A stretch of DNA of 64,000 bases. Source: Eutreptiella sp. 'Long Island Sound 2002'. Taxonomy: Eukaryota > Protista > Euglenida. Position 1 is the stretch's first letter, and each line of letters starts with the position of its first letter. The notes beneath the pieces are model-generated. The model made no database searches. It was not told the origin of the DNA and was given only the letters and a program-made list of their open reading frames with translations. Made by a program: the position numbers and the translations under genes. Positions 49,372 through 62,315 of this stretch are shown here, in pieces. The DNA lies in the NCBI GenBank assembly GCA_964036045.1, contig OZ038379.1, forward strand, positions 52,452,001 through 52,516,000, read 5' to 3'.

Positions 49372-50031
49372 CGCAGCCTTGTTTGTCCCTGGGTCACTGA
49401 TCAGCATCGCCTGCAGTTTGTTGGGCAGAACGATGTGACGGAAATCACGTGTGTCTTTGTTTGGTTTGATGATTGCCTCCGACGCAGCCTCAGGCCCTGG
49501 GCCGCTCCCGCACTGCTCCCCTGTGATGGTGAACATGGCACAGGACGGCAGCGGCAGCAGGTGCAACTCCTCCCTCGTAGTGGAGCGCACGCCCAATCCC
49601 AGGGGTAGCTCCTCCCGACGATGCCGAGCAAGCCCCAGGAGCGCGACGACAGCAACGCAGGATGCACCGAGATATGCCAACGCTTCCCACGGACTTAGAC
49701 CCGATGAAGTCCCCATGAGCGTGTGGCGGGCCACCAAACCCCCGGCGGCAGCATCGGCGGTCCTGACGTTGTGTGCAACGCCCCACGAGTCTACAGAGGC
49801 CTGTGGAAGGGGCTGGAGTCGCCCTGTTGGACCGGACCATGCAGAGGCCAGAGGAAGGGTCCGGTCGGCTGGGAGCAGGGGCCGGACTTGAGGTTTGGAT
49901 GCAGACAACGCCCACAGCTGGGGGTGCTGGGACGGCGCAGCCGGGCCTAGCGCAGAGAGCAGCCCCCCGGCCACTGTCAGCATGCATACCGCCAGCACGG
50001 TTTGTTTTGGGTGGACCGTGAGGGCACTCAT
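49372..50031 (-). CDS. First coding exon (220 codons) of plastid-targeted M16A (insulinase/pitrilysin-like) metallopeptidase
   Basis: MSALTVHPKQ... signal-like hydrophobic segment, S/A/P-rich transit region, second TM WEALAYLGASCVAVVALLGLA followed by RHRR, AMFTITG, then IIKPNKDTRDFRHIVLPNKLQAMLISDPGTNKAA, which resembles IDE N-terminus [35 protein letters not shown]. Ends at GCG|GTGTGC donor. Confidence 0.85.
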
Positions 50032-50060
50032 GGGGGTGGGAAAGGGGGAGAAAATAAGCA

Positions 50061-50085
50061 CTGCCATAAAACAAGGAAGCGGTTG
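50061..50085 (-). promoter_or_regulatory. Candidate spliced-leader trans-splice acceptor
   Basis: Minus strand GCTTCCTTGTTTTATGGCAG ending at 50061, 29 nt before the ATG. Confidence 0.5.
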
Positions 50086-50690
50086 GAGACAACAGCAGAG
50101 CTCGTGGGTTTGTACTATGGGGCCAGGGTCTGCGACCTTCATGGATTAAAACAGAACAGCAGAGAAACTTGCAACAAGGCAACGATTATGTAGGCATTCA
50201 ACCACCACAATGTAGGGCTCGCTGACCAACACAGCCCTTGGTCACACTCGGTCACACTCCCGTTGTATTTCCATTACACCATGTTGAATTATCAGTTGCC
50301 GCGCTTATGTTACTATTGCCCTGCCATGACGATGCCTTGACACTCCGTTTAAGCTGGGGCAAGAGAAACTTTCTTCCCCCGTTCCTTCCAACACTAACAT
50401 CTAGGGTTGCCCCACAATGGTGTGAGGGTGCTGAAACGCACCGCGCGCTGCACCGCGCGTGTCAGAGGACGCAGCACTTTAGTGCAGAATACACCCTGCC
50501 AGGAAGTTGTGGATGGGGAGAAATAAACTGATTGGATTGCGTTTCAACAAACATGTCCATGTGTAGAAGTACACATGAACTGATTAGTGTCTCACACATT
50601 CATGGCAACGAAGGGAGAGAACAAACAATGAGAGTGGAGGCTGTTGATACAGCAAATGGGCCATGGCACTCACAGCCCAATGGCACGAAA

Positions 50691-51816
50691 CTACTCCTCA
50701 TCACTTTCCATGGCATCATCAGAGTAGGACGTCTCATCGTCACTGCCGGACTCATCAGAGGAAGTGGCCACCGCGTCGGAAGAATCGGTCTCGGGTGCAA
50801 CGGTGGGCTTGTCAAACATTGCCTTAGGGAAATATTTCCAAGGCCCAAATGGTTGGTAGCGGACGTTCCTCTTGTTCACATGTTGCTGAATATGGACAAC
50901 CGCATGCACCATCATGTGAAGGCGCTGAATGCGGTCGTCAAGGGCCAGGCCACGTTTCTGGAACACTTCGCAGCACCCACCCCAACTATACAATTGTGTG
51001 AAGGGGTGTTCTGCCCTGCCCCTAATGAAACTATGGCCATCATAGCTGCCGGCGGTCAGCAAGTGGTGTCCCAGGCTGCCCATATTTGTAAAATAATTCG
51101 TCTGCTGTCTGGGCATCCAGGCCTATTCTTGCGATCTGGATGCGCCGTGATGTGCTGCCGCAAAGCTCTGCCCATTTGTCTATGCCAAACTGGGTTGGTC
51201 CCAAAGGGTGTGCAAGAGTGCCGCTCACAGTAGTGGCCAACTCATCCAATGTGTCCCGTATGGACTGACTGACACGAGTTGTGTCTGCGGGTGCACTGTT
51301 GGAGCGGCGCTGGGGCCGACCGCTCTGCTCACGGAGTGCTGGTGCAGCTGCACGTACCTGCCGCTTGTTGGAGGCAATTTGTGTGGTGCCCCTCTCCTTG
51401 GCTGCCTTTTGCCTGTGCCCCTCCCGAATTTCCTCGACTTGCGCCAATGCAAGAGCAACCCTGCTGCCACGTGCCCTGGATTTGATGTATGGGCGATGGC
51501 CCTTCTGCCATCTGTACAGGTCACCAATTGCTTTGAGAGTCTCTACGCTGATTTTGTTTGGTCCATATGTGAGGTTTGTATTTTTCCAATAGTTGTAGTG
51601 TCGAATGCGAAATTGTTCTGCAAACCCAGCAGGCGTTATCGAAAATTGCGGTTTTGAAGGCGGGGCATGTTGTGGAGCAGCATTCAGCATGGCCTCAAAT
51701 GCTGCATCCTCCAATTCCTTGCACTTCTCGATGTGCGTACGAAACTGCGGACCCGGTCTACTTGGCGGTGTAGGCATTGACCTAAAATGCAAAAAATGGG
51801 ACATTGCCACCAGCAC
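50691..51816 (-). pseudogene. Frameshifted ORF, possibly transposase-derived, acidic C-tail
   Basis: 51040-51816 plus 50691-51116 overlap at FYKYGQPG. RGRAEHPFTQLY weakly resembles the IS5/Harbinger RxxxE..F motif. Confidence 0.3.
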
Positions 51817-51827
51817 AAAACAGACGA

Positions 51828-52025
51828 GGTATCCCAGCAGGACTCACATCCGTGCATCCCAGAAGTTCCCGCATCACAGAAATTTCCTGGACAAGGTATC
51901 CCAAAGCAACTCACTGTCCCTGCATTCCAGAAGTCCCTGCATCACAGAAATTTCCTAGACCAAGTATCCCAGAGCAACTGACGTCCCTACTAGAACAACT
52001 AACATCCCTGCATCCCAGAAATTTT
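51828..52025. repeat. Tandem repeat, ~67-68 bp, 3 copies
   Basis: (G/A)GTATCCC..AGCAACTCAC..TCCCTGCATCCCAGAAG..CCCGCATCACAGAAATTTCCT at 51828, 51895 and 51963. Confidence 0.8.
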
Positions 52026-52711
52026 TCTGCAACAAAAGCAAAATGCATGACACCTGGTGTGCTTGTTTGCGCCTGGCTTCGGGGCTGCGTGGGTCCCTTT
52101 CTTGAACCCGCCTTTAAACATTCTGTAACGCGTCCGCAAAACCTCTGCCACCCGCACCACAAACGCCTTGCCCTCCTTTGATGATTTCAAATCCTCAGGG
52201 GCATCCTCCAAACGCCAGCGATGAACAAAATGTTCGGAGACGTGTTGCCATCTTAGGAGGCCCATAGTGCCCCCTATCGTTTTTTCAAAAAAAAAATTCA
52301 TGTCGTGCACAGAGCCTAGCCTCTCTGCTGCATAGCCAAGTGTAATGGAGGGGTGGCTCCCAGCCAGGGTGTATGGGGAGGAGCAACGACACGCAATTTA
52401 GGGGTGCGAAGCAGCAAAACGGCACCATTTTGGGCCCCCACAGCACACGAGCGCAGCCACTGTTTTTTCCCATTTTGGAGGTCTGAAATACGGAAAATGG
52501 ACTAGCCCCGCCATAAAACTATGTTTCACAGTCTGATATCATAAATGGAGCACGTATTTGTCAACAGCACGTGTTGCGGTTCTCTTAGCAGTCGTAGTAT
52601 TGTGACGGCAATGATAACCTTACATGGACCGCCTGTGAAGAAGGTGTACCCTATAACAACAGAGAATAGCACCTGTATGAAAGGAGGGTGCAAAGTAGCA
52701 TTTCTGAAAGG

Positions 52712-53970
52712 CTGGGCTCTGCAGAGCCCAGAAACAGGAAATTCACTAAAAGTAGGGGTAATAATATAGGGTTGTACACCAACACAACAATGTACAGGCA
52801 AACAGGTAGTAACAGGGCCTGAAATAGGGAATTCCTACTGGCTAGGCTCTGCAAAGCCCAGCTCAATAGAAACAACAGAAAGCACACATGAATTATGCTA
52901 ATGATAAACAAGCCGGACCACCAGTGTGGTAATGGATACCATAAGCATCGCACTGTATGCCCCCCCCCGAAATTTCAGTCCCCACATAAGCGAGAGACCA
53001 CCAAAGCACCAGTCATAGACAAGGCATGGAAGCTGCGTACACACTAGTTGACGACTATAAAGCACAAACACACACAAAACAAAGCACAGAAATTGTAAAA
53101 ACCTTTACGTGCGCTGTAGGAGGTCCGTCAGAACTTCGGAATTGGATGCTGTACTAACTACAGACTGATGTGTCCCCACATGTGGTTCAGAAGCACGTAC
53201 TAACACCTGAACACACAATGACTGATCCCCCTTCTAAATCCCGAGCAAATGTGGAATTATCAATAAATGGTTGACACCAACCAAAACGGGTCACAAATGG
53301 CACCGAAAAATGAATCATCGCACAGTGGACAATGTCAAAGCACTGCCCAACATACACACTGTCAACCGCTGGAAAAATCAAAAAACACTGGCCATACAGA
53401 TCAATGAAATTGGGGCATACATGACAGCGCAAAATGTAATGTGGCTCAGCGAAAAAAAGCAAACCCGTGCCCAAAATACACACTGCAGATTGGACTCTGG
53501 GTATACTTGGTAAACTTAAAATGACAGACACATTCGCCTGAGCTCTGCAGAGCCCAGGAACAAGTAACAGAACATGCCAGGACCCAATCAAGGGTACATA
53601 TGGCATCTGGACTTTGCTGCGCATGGACTGGTAAAAAAAATAGCAAATAAACAGAGGATCTGGGGCTCATAGACACAAACCTGGCACCGTATATGCACCA
53701 AAATTGTGAAGAAACTCGACAGTTCATAAAATGTGTCAACGAGGGACGTACCAAAAGAAATACCATAGCACAATGTTGTGCTGATACAACCAAATTCACA
53801 CAGGGACAACACTACACTGTTGAGATGAAAGCAACACTGTGACCAACCAGGCGGCATGCAAATTGGCCTAAAACAGCATGCTGGGTTTTTGCAGAGCCCA
53901 GCGGTACAAAATTCGTCATATTCGAGGGCAAATCAAGCAAATCTGGCACGCTGCGCTCTGCACAGCCCAG
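52712..53970. repeat. Dispersed 20-bp palindrome CTGGGCTCTGCAGAGCCCAG, 5 copies
   Basis: Perfect at 52712-52731. Variants at ~52845, 53538, 53881 and 53951. Confidence 0.75.
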
Positions 53971-54288
53971 CTCAGTGTCCATTGCCAAGAATGACAGTCC
54001 AATTCAGTCACAAACACGTACAGAGACAAACAGGACACATCATTCATCGTCCCACAGCTGTTTGGGACTGCATAGGACAGGCCCAGTCACATCAAGCGCT
54101 CATAACTACAGCACAGTCACACAGTTTGTGTCCGTGGTTGTATGTCCGGTATGGTCGAGCGACAGTCATGATCCAGTGGTATGTGGGGCCTCCAGTCACT
54201 TGCCGTTGCTCTTGCCGTTGCTCTTGGATAAGCCAACCCGGACACCACGTTGCAGGGTGGCTTGGAGGCCCTCAACTGCCCTTTTTTT

Positions 54289-56399
54289 CTACGATGGGGA
54301 TGCCGCAGCGGCTGCCGTTGCAAATTTATTCTCCTCTTCTTTACTCTTGCGATTTGCTGGCTCGTCCTCTTTGGCCTTTTTCTCCTTCTCCTTCTCCTCC
54401 TTTTTACGTTGCCGCTCCCGTGCCTCCCCTTGCTTCCGCAACTCGCGCTCAGCCTTCTCCTGCTCCTTCTGCCGTTGTTTATCGGTTTTCCCCTTTGGTT
54501 TGGGAGTTTGCGGATCCGGCACCTCCTCAACTTCTGACTCACTAGTGTCCGCGTCAGCTGCCTGGTCAGGGGACTCCTGCTGCCGGAACAGCGGCTGGCT
54601 TGTGCTTGCCCAATGCATGACACTCCGCCACTCAACATCCTACTCCGTGTCCCCTTTCCGGACGCTTGTCTTCAGCAGGTTCACCACATCAGCTGCATTG
54701 TAGGGACCATCAGATAATACACCCCATGCGCAATTCAACGGGACAGGCAAGTGAATACAGCCCAGACTGATCAGGTCGGGGCGGAGGCCTTAGTATAGTG
54801 CCCACAGGCAGCGCGATGCATCAACATCCATGCGTGTGTCGTCCGAGTCGTCGTTGGGGTCCTCCAGCAAATTCACCAACCACCACAGGATAGGCAGACC
54901 CAGCCACAGACCTTCATTGAACGACTTTTGTGTGAGGACGTGCGGCACTGCAGGGCCCAGCCCATGGGTCTTCACAAGCAACAGAGTTGGCTGCTCGAAA
55001 AAATACGGCTCTTCTTGGCATCCCAGATAGTAGACAGCCATGCGCAAAGTTGTTGGGTACAAATCTTCCAATTGCTAACGTAAGTGTTGTTCCACAGCAA
55101 CCAAATCCCCATGGTATCCATGAAAGGCGCCCAGTACCGCTTGAGACGGCACACGCACGATCTGCGCACCAGGGATCCACCCTCCTGTCCGCGGGACTTC
55201 AACAATGACGAGATTGTACCTCAGCATTTTGATCTTATTGGGCACTGCGGTCACCGATCCATTGTACGCCCAAATTTCTCCAGATTCTGATCCGTTGCCG
55301 ACATCGACCTTTGCCACCTCGCCACCAGACACCTCAACAGCCGGGTTCAACACTGCTCTCACAAGAGGTCTACGATGTGTGTGTGTGTAGGCCAAAAACC
55401 CGCGGACCAGGGTGACGTTGACTAGTGCACCCGGCATGGGCACTAGGGAGGCTACCGGTAAGGCGAGGGCTACATAACTAACAAGTCTATGACTTTCTAG
55501 GACATATTGCCACTACTGATTGTTCGCCACTGGGGGTAACTTACGTACGCATTCCGTCACGGGGTTTAGCGAGCCCGGAAGCTCCTGAGGCCGACAAAAT
55601 TCGTCGCTGTCAGACGGGGTTAGGTTTGTGGGGTGGTCGCAGGACTGGGATAAGTTGCCACGGTGTTGGTTTGCCCGTTTCCCGGTGATGGAAGAAGGCT
55701 ATGCCCAAACGGGCGGGGAAGCGCCTGGTACGTGTGGGTCGGCGTGGTTGTGCCGCTGTGCGCACGGATGTAACCATAGGCCGCCGCATACTGGAAAGGG
55801 GGGGGGCGTAGGAGCGACATGGGGTTGTGCATGTACTGGTCAGTGTAGTAGGAGTCTACCCGCCGAGCCCGCCGCGGAAGTGAGGATCGGGACCGGGACC
55901 GGCGTGATCCTCCGTGGAGCCAATGTCGGCGCTGCCGTGAGGGAGAACGAGAACGGTCCCGTGCTTCGGAGCGCGGCCGCTTATTATGTTTCTGCTCCAC
56001 ACCTTCCGCACTATCGGTAGTATGTGCGGTGGCAGCGGAGGGCACTGGGGCTATAGAGCCCCCTCCACGGGCCGGCTGCAAAGCGGGCGGGCCAGAGGAT
56101 GTCCAGTGGGCAGATCCGCCTTTCCCCCTGCTCATGCAGGGGGTCCACGGCTTCATGTATGCCTTTTGCCACTGCACCCTCCAACCACTTCGCGTCACAA
56201 AATCTTGTTGCTCCATTAGAGCTCGGGCTTCCTCGCGAACCCCGAGGTTAGCAAAGGACACTACCGCACGCACATACTTATCTAACACGTTGGCCAAATA
56301 GTCGTGAAATTGAAAACGCAGGAAACCGGCTAGCACTCCGGCACACATGAGTTGGGACGGAGGGTCTGGCACCGGAGTCCACTGCACGTTGCAGCTCAC
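54289..56399 (-). pseudogene. Decayed ORF fragments (RS-rich, Lys/Glu-rich) of an unidentified repeat element
   Basis: Minus ORFs 55620-56399, 55075-55443, 54790-55071 and 54289-54618 have coherent protein-like composition but no motif I can name. Confidence 0.3.
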
Positions 56400-56653
56400 G
56401 GGGAACTAGGCGGGATCTGAGTGTGCCCACCCCCCTAAGCCCTTGCTCCACGTGGGCTCATTGGTTTTTTGTGCCGGTACTGTAGGACCTTGCCCGGGGG
56501 TAGTGGTCGAACGAGCATCCTGAGGAAGGGATATGACAAACTCAGCAGATGCCTGTGCGACCGCCGGTGCCAAAGGCAGACAAGCACAGAGCCATTCCCA
56601 TTGCACCGGTGTGCGCCGGCCAGCGCTAGACGACGGCTCCCCGCGAGCTGACA

Positions 56654-56813
56654 GGAATTATGGGAATTATGGGGATTTACGGGCAATTATGGGGAATTAC
56701 GGGCAATTATGGGGAATTATGGTGGAACTATGGGATATATTCCCCAGAATTCCCCCATAATTCCCCATAATTCCCTATAATTCCACCCAAATTTCCCCAT
56801 AATTCCCCATAAT
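56654..56813. repeat. Foldback palindrome of (GGGGAATTAT)n / (ATAATTCCCC)n decamers
   Basis: ~8 forward decamers, centre GGGATATATTCCCC (~56732-56745), ~7 reverse decamers. Confidence 0.9.
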
Positions 56814-59315
56814 GCCACCAATGTGATGGGACAGCAATGAGCCGTTGGACAAGCCCAGTATAGCCTTCAGGAAGTATGGCAAATTTCCCCCCCCACCGCC
56901 AGACGAACTTTCCGCGCCAGGGCCGCCAGCGGTTTGGCGGCCGCACACACCTGCCATTGGTGCCGTTGGGAGACGTGCGGAAAATAGGGCATCTCACATC
57001 ACGCCAATTGCATGATGAGGTGGAAGGCGCGCGCAAGGCTCCCTACCTGTTTGTCGTCAACAGTGTTCAGCCAAGTGAGGAACCCTTTCAGTACCGGGGT
57101 TGAAACCTCAGAAGCACTAGTTGCATCACGGGGGCCATAAGTCCCTCCAGCCGAAACCGGAAGGTCCGTGACACCGCACTGGGGAACTCGAGGTTCCGGA
57201 TTGTCTAGATCCATAGGCTCAAATAAAGGCGACTCCGGAAGGGGCTTGGCCACCGGGGCAGCTGCTGGCGGTGGCAGTGCTAGGGTCCAGTCAAACTGCA
57301 TAGAGAAAATTTGCAAATCTTGAAAAGAAAGGGAATCTTGCGCCACCCGTGCCGTGAGTAAGGCCGGCAGTGACGGGTACCATGCCGCATGGTGTCTGTC
57401 AATACGGGGGTACTTCGCGGGGCGGAGCTTGTCTAGAGCTGCTTGCAAGAAATTAGGCACCTCAGTGCCCTTGGGGGGGAGCTTCCGGGCAAGAGAGAGC
57501 AAAGCTTTCGCAGCCGGCTGGATACGCGTGTCAATAGCCCCATAACTGTATCTGCACTACTTTTGCAATCCAATGTCTTCACTAACCTCGTGAATTGGGT
57601 TTGTAAATCATCAATCTTGGCTTGAAGCCGCCCAACGGCATCCTCATCAAGCTTTTTTTGATGGGCCAGGTCCCGGCGTGCGGAGTGCAACGCGTCCTCA
57701 GTGGCTTGCAGTGTTTCACAAGTCTCACGGTGGCTATACGGCATGTGGTGTGGTTTGGCGTCATTCCCTCCGGGGGCTACCGCTAGGACGGCAACTTCAA
57801 ATTGCGATCACAGGTCGATGGGCACTGAATTTGCATCAACTAGTCTGTCTAGGACCTCCTTCGTGGTGCGGGATGTAGAGCTAGCCGAGGGGCGGGCGAA
57901 AGAACATCATCCGTCGCAAACCCGCCGAGTGCCTTCGAAGTGCCAGAGCCATCGGCGGGCACGTCCAAGCCACGGGCCATGGTCCATACAGCCAGACTCA
58001 CACGCGGAGAATGCGCAAGAGCTCATGTGGAGTGCGGATGGACAAAGGGTCCCACAGACCCGATGCTCCGTGTAAGGCGAGGACAAAGGCGGGCGCCCAT
58101 GGCGCCCAAAAAAGATGCATAACTTGCCCCACGACATCATCTTCGCGGAGCAACAAGCTCGAAACTTCAAGTACGCGTGCCGCCTGCTCAACGGGATGCG
58201 GCGGATCTTGACACTGGAGGGAGACCCCGCTGGGAAGATTTGTCGTGGAGTGGCAAAAAGGTCGGCGGCCCACCACTGAACGTAGGGATACATATGATGC
58301 AGGATGTCGGGTACAACATGCGGGGTGTTATGGGGGCGGGTAGCCATGCCAAAGATGACCGCCCGCTATCCCACAGCATCCTTCGTGTGCCAAACTTCCT
58401 ACGGAGCCCAGAGTTGCGACATCCGTCGTTGGGAGATAGGGTCTAGCACCAGCTTAGAAAACTTGGTGCCGCGGAATTGAGGCACTTGATGTGATTCGGA
58501 GAGGCTCTACGGCCGCCTAAGCCTCGTCCCGAACGAATTGCTGAATACTCACCGGAAGAAAGGGTTCCACCGTAGTAGAAGATCTCGGGAGGTAGTGTCA
58601 GCGGTCCGCGCAAAAGCCAGAAGCGGCAAAGATTGAGCCATGGCTACCGGGCAATGCGTAATAATGCGCAGCCCCGTGGGCATCTTAACGTCGTCCGTGA
58701 CGGTGATCAACACGCTGTTTGTGGTCATAATCGCCATCGACCAGTGACAGCGCGGAATTCGCCCTCCAAGGCCAGCAACCGCGATGTATCACAGAGAGGA
58801 GTTGGAGGCTTGTCGGCAACTTCAGCTAACGCTATAACAGCCTCGTGAAGCGCTGGTAAAGGGATATGTGTGGTGTAGTCACACAACAGTGAGTGCATGC
58901 ATGGCTCTATGCTGCACTCCAATAAACGCAAAAACTGGGCGGGAATGTGGTGAAACCGAGAAGGGGGTAGCGGGAACCCCGCCCTCCTTCTGAGATTGGG
59001 TTGACCCCGACTCCAAACCAAACAAATGTAGTTGGTCCAATTGGACGGGGGGTGTTTTCATGGCCTCTTAGGTGCCTACATGTGGAAAATTTTTGGGCCG
59101 GTCCAAACGGCCCAAATGGGCCGTTTGTGTATTTGGGTTCTCGGACCTCCCCGGGGGGTTCCCAGATGCACTTTCTTATTGGGAACCCCTTCTCAAAATG
59201 ACTTCTCGGCCAGCTTTTTGACGACGAACCCCTTCTCAAAATGACTTCTCGGACCTCCTTGCTGATTTTGAACATGCACAAGTAACACAATAAAAGACAC
59301 TTCCCCACGGCCATG

Positions 59316-60653
59316 TTATTCACTCCTGTTCCTCTTTTGCCCTATTCGTGTCCCGGTAGATGGGCTCCCAACACGTTTTAGCCCGACATACAATGCATAC
59401 ATGTTGTGCAAATGCCGCATGCCACTCACGGAGACACGTGGAGTCTTCACCGACCACCCATGGAAACTATTTTGAATGTGCACTTTATAGGCCAAGTTCC
59501 TCCTCGCGGTCGGCACCGAACTAAAGAAGTACCTTGTGCGGTACTTCCGCACAAACCATCCACTATGGCACACCGTCCAATGCACCCATACCGTTGCCTT
59601 CCACCCCATCAATTTCCAACATTCCCCCAATTTTTTGGCCCACTTTTCGGCTTCCTCGACCTCAACATCCGAAAGGTAGACCTTTTTCCTCCACAAGGTA
59701 TGAAAGTGGGTTAGCAACATGGTGTGCACTACAGTGTACACCTTTATTGCCCCATTCGGGGCCTTACGAATGGGGTAGTATTCCTTGAGCAGGTCAACTA
59801 CTCTTTGCTGGTATAGAGTGTCATCTATAAAGACGCGCGCGGGAGTTAGGTCAAAGGCGTCGTTCTTTGTTGGACACAAAGCCACACCGTCCGCTTGGGG
59901 GATGTTTTGTGAGCCTTACATCAGGTCCCCCCACACATCCTTTAGGCGGCCAATCACTCCCCGACGGTCTCCTTCGGGCACCCAAGAGGAGACATCTTGT
60001 TGCAACCTCTTTTGGGTTGCATTACAAAGACGGACAGTTGCATGGGCATAGTCCCCAACACCCCGCGGGGGCGGGATGGCCTGGAGGAGCGCCCCCCACC
60101 TCACTTCTTAATTAATCCCCTCTACCGGTTCCACGTTGTCATGGTCGTCACACGACCAACACTTTCCGTCCGGGGAGCAGTTGGCGACCTGCATGCCCTT
60201 GCCGTCGCCCGTCATGCCCACCTCATACCCCAAAACCGTGCCTTCCCCTAAGGGCACATTGCAGTTCGACTGCAAATGTTCAATTTGGGCGTTGAGCCCT
60301 GCCTCGGCGTCCATTGCACATGGACGACCACGGGTGCCCGTACGAGGGAACCGCAATGTCTGTGGCATAAACAATTGCATTGCGCGAGCACGGCGCAACA
60401 CATCAGCGGCATATGCCTTGACTCCTACAACCGCTGCCATCACCTCCCCAGCATTGTCCATACTGCCACCCACCAGAGAAACCACACCGTTGGCATCGCT
60501 CCGAAAAGGCACCTCCGGATCTTGGAGGATTGCCCGCTCCACGCGCCGCGCCAGTGCCTGCCGCTCACGCTGCTGGTCTGGCCGAAGTTCAAGGTAAGGC
60601 TTGCTCAGGATTTTGCCAGCCTCGGCCTCAAAAGAGGCCACCATGCGGTCCAT
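59316..60653 (-). pseudogene. Internally deleted RAG1/Transib-like transposase (copy 2)
   Basis: Retains MTGDGKG, CWSC, GDYAH and HWTVCH. Lacks ~350 bp spanning the first catalytic D. PTERRN has become PTARRN. Confidence 0.8.
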
Positions 60654-61323
60654 CTAGAAAACACAGGCACATGGTGTCTAAATGCCCGAGAACCCCGTTT
60701 TAGGAACCCCTTTCTGATCAGGAACCCTACCGGGAACCCCATTTCAGGAACCCCTTTCGGATCAACCCCTTCCCAGATTGACTTCTCGGGTAGCTTTCTG
60801 TTCACGAACCCCTTCTCAGATTGAATTCTCGGATAACTTTCTGATTTGCGGCCACGCGCTGTTTTTTAGGACTACTATTTCATGTTCGCGGCACGTTACC
60901 ACTGTGCATGAGACACGTGCACACCAAGGGGGGGGGGGGTTCCAACTCTGAGAATAGACTGCCTCGAACAAATAGGCACAATCATCCTTCACCTCTTTGC
61001 TTCAGGATGGTCTGAGTTCTCACACTTTTTGCCCAAAGGGAGTTGTGTACCAAACAAACAGACAGTGGAAGCCAACCGCAGAAATCTTGCTGCAAGGTGG
61101 GCAACATTGCGCACAATATCCATAGGGGTACATATATGGGCGTACTTGTGCACGCACTTAGCTGCCGCGCACCGTGTGCTCAACGGCTACCTACTGACGC
61201 ACATGCGCGATTCCCGTCACCAAAACTTGCGACTGCCGCAAACCCCCTTTCCATGAAAAATGACATGTGTCCGCATATACCACCGCTGCACTGCGCACCA
61301 CCGTTTTCGTGTTCGCACTGGGG

Positions 61324-62315
<992 letters not shown>

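Noticed and set aside
53320-53840. RSS-like heptamers CACAGTG / CACTGTG
   Set aside because: No nonamer, no extended inverted repeat, no TSD; expected by chance.
56651-56830. Non-conventional intron-like CAG...CTG element around the foldback
   Set aside because: CAG is present at the left end, but there is no matching CTG or 8-bp duplication on the right.
57907-58347. DIRS-type methyltransferase-like motif ADLFAT
   Set aside because: Single short motif with no RT or RNase H nearby.
52252-58521. Element bounded by CTTAGGAGGCC (52252) and GGCCGCCTAAG (58511-58521)
   Set aside because: The match is only ~11 bp and the flanks (GCCAT vs CCTCG) give no TSD.
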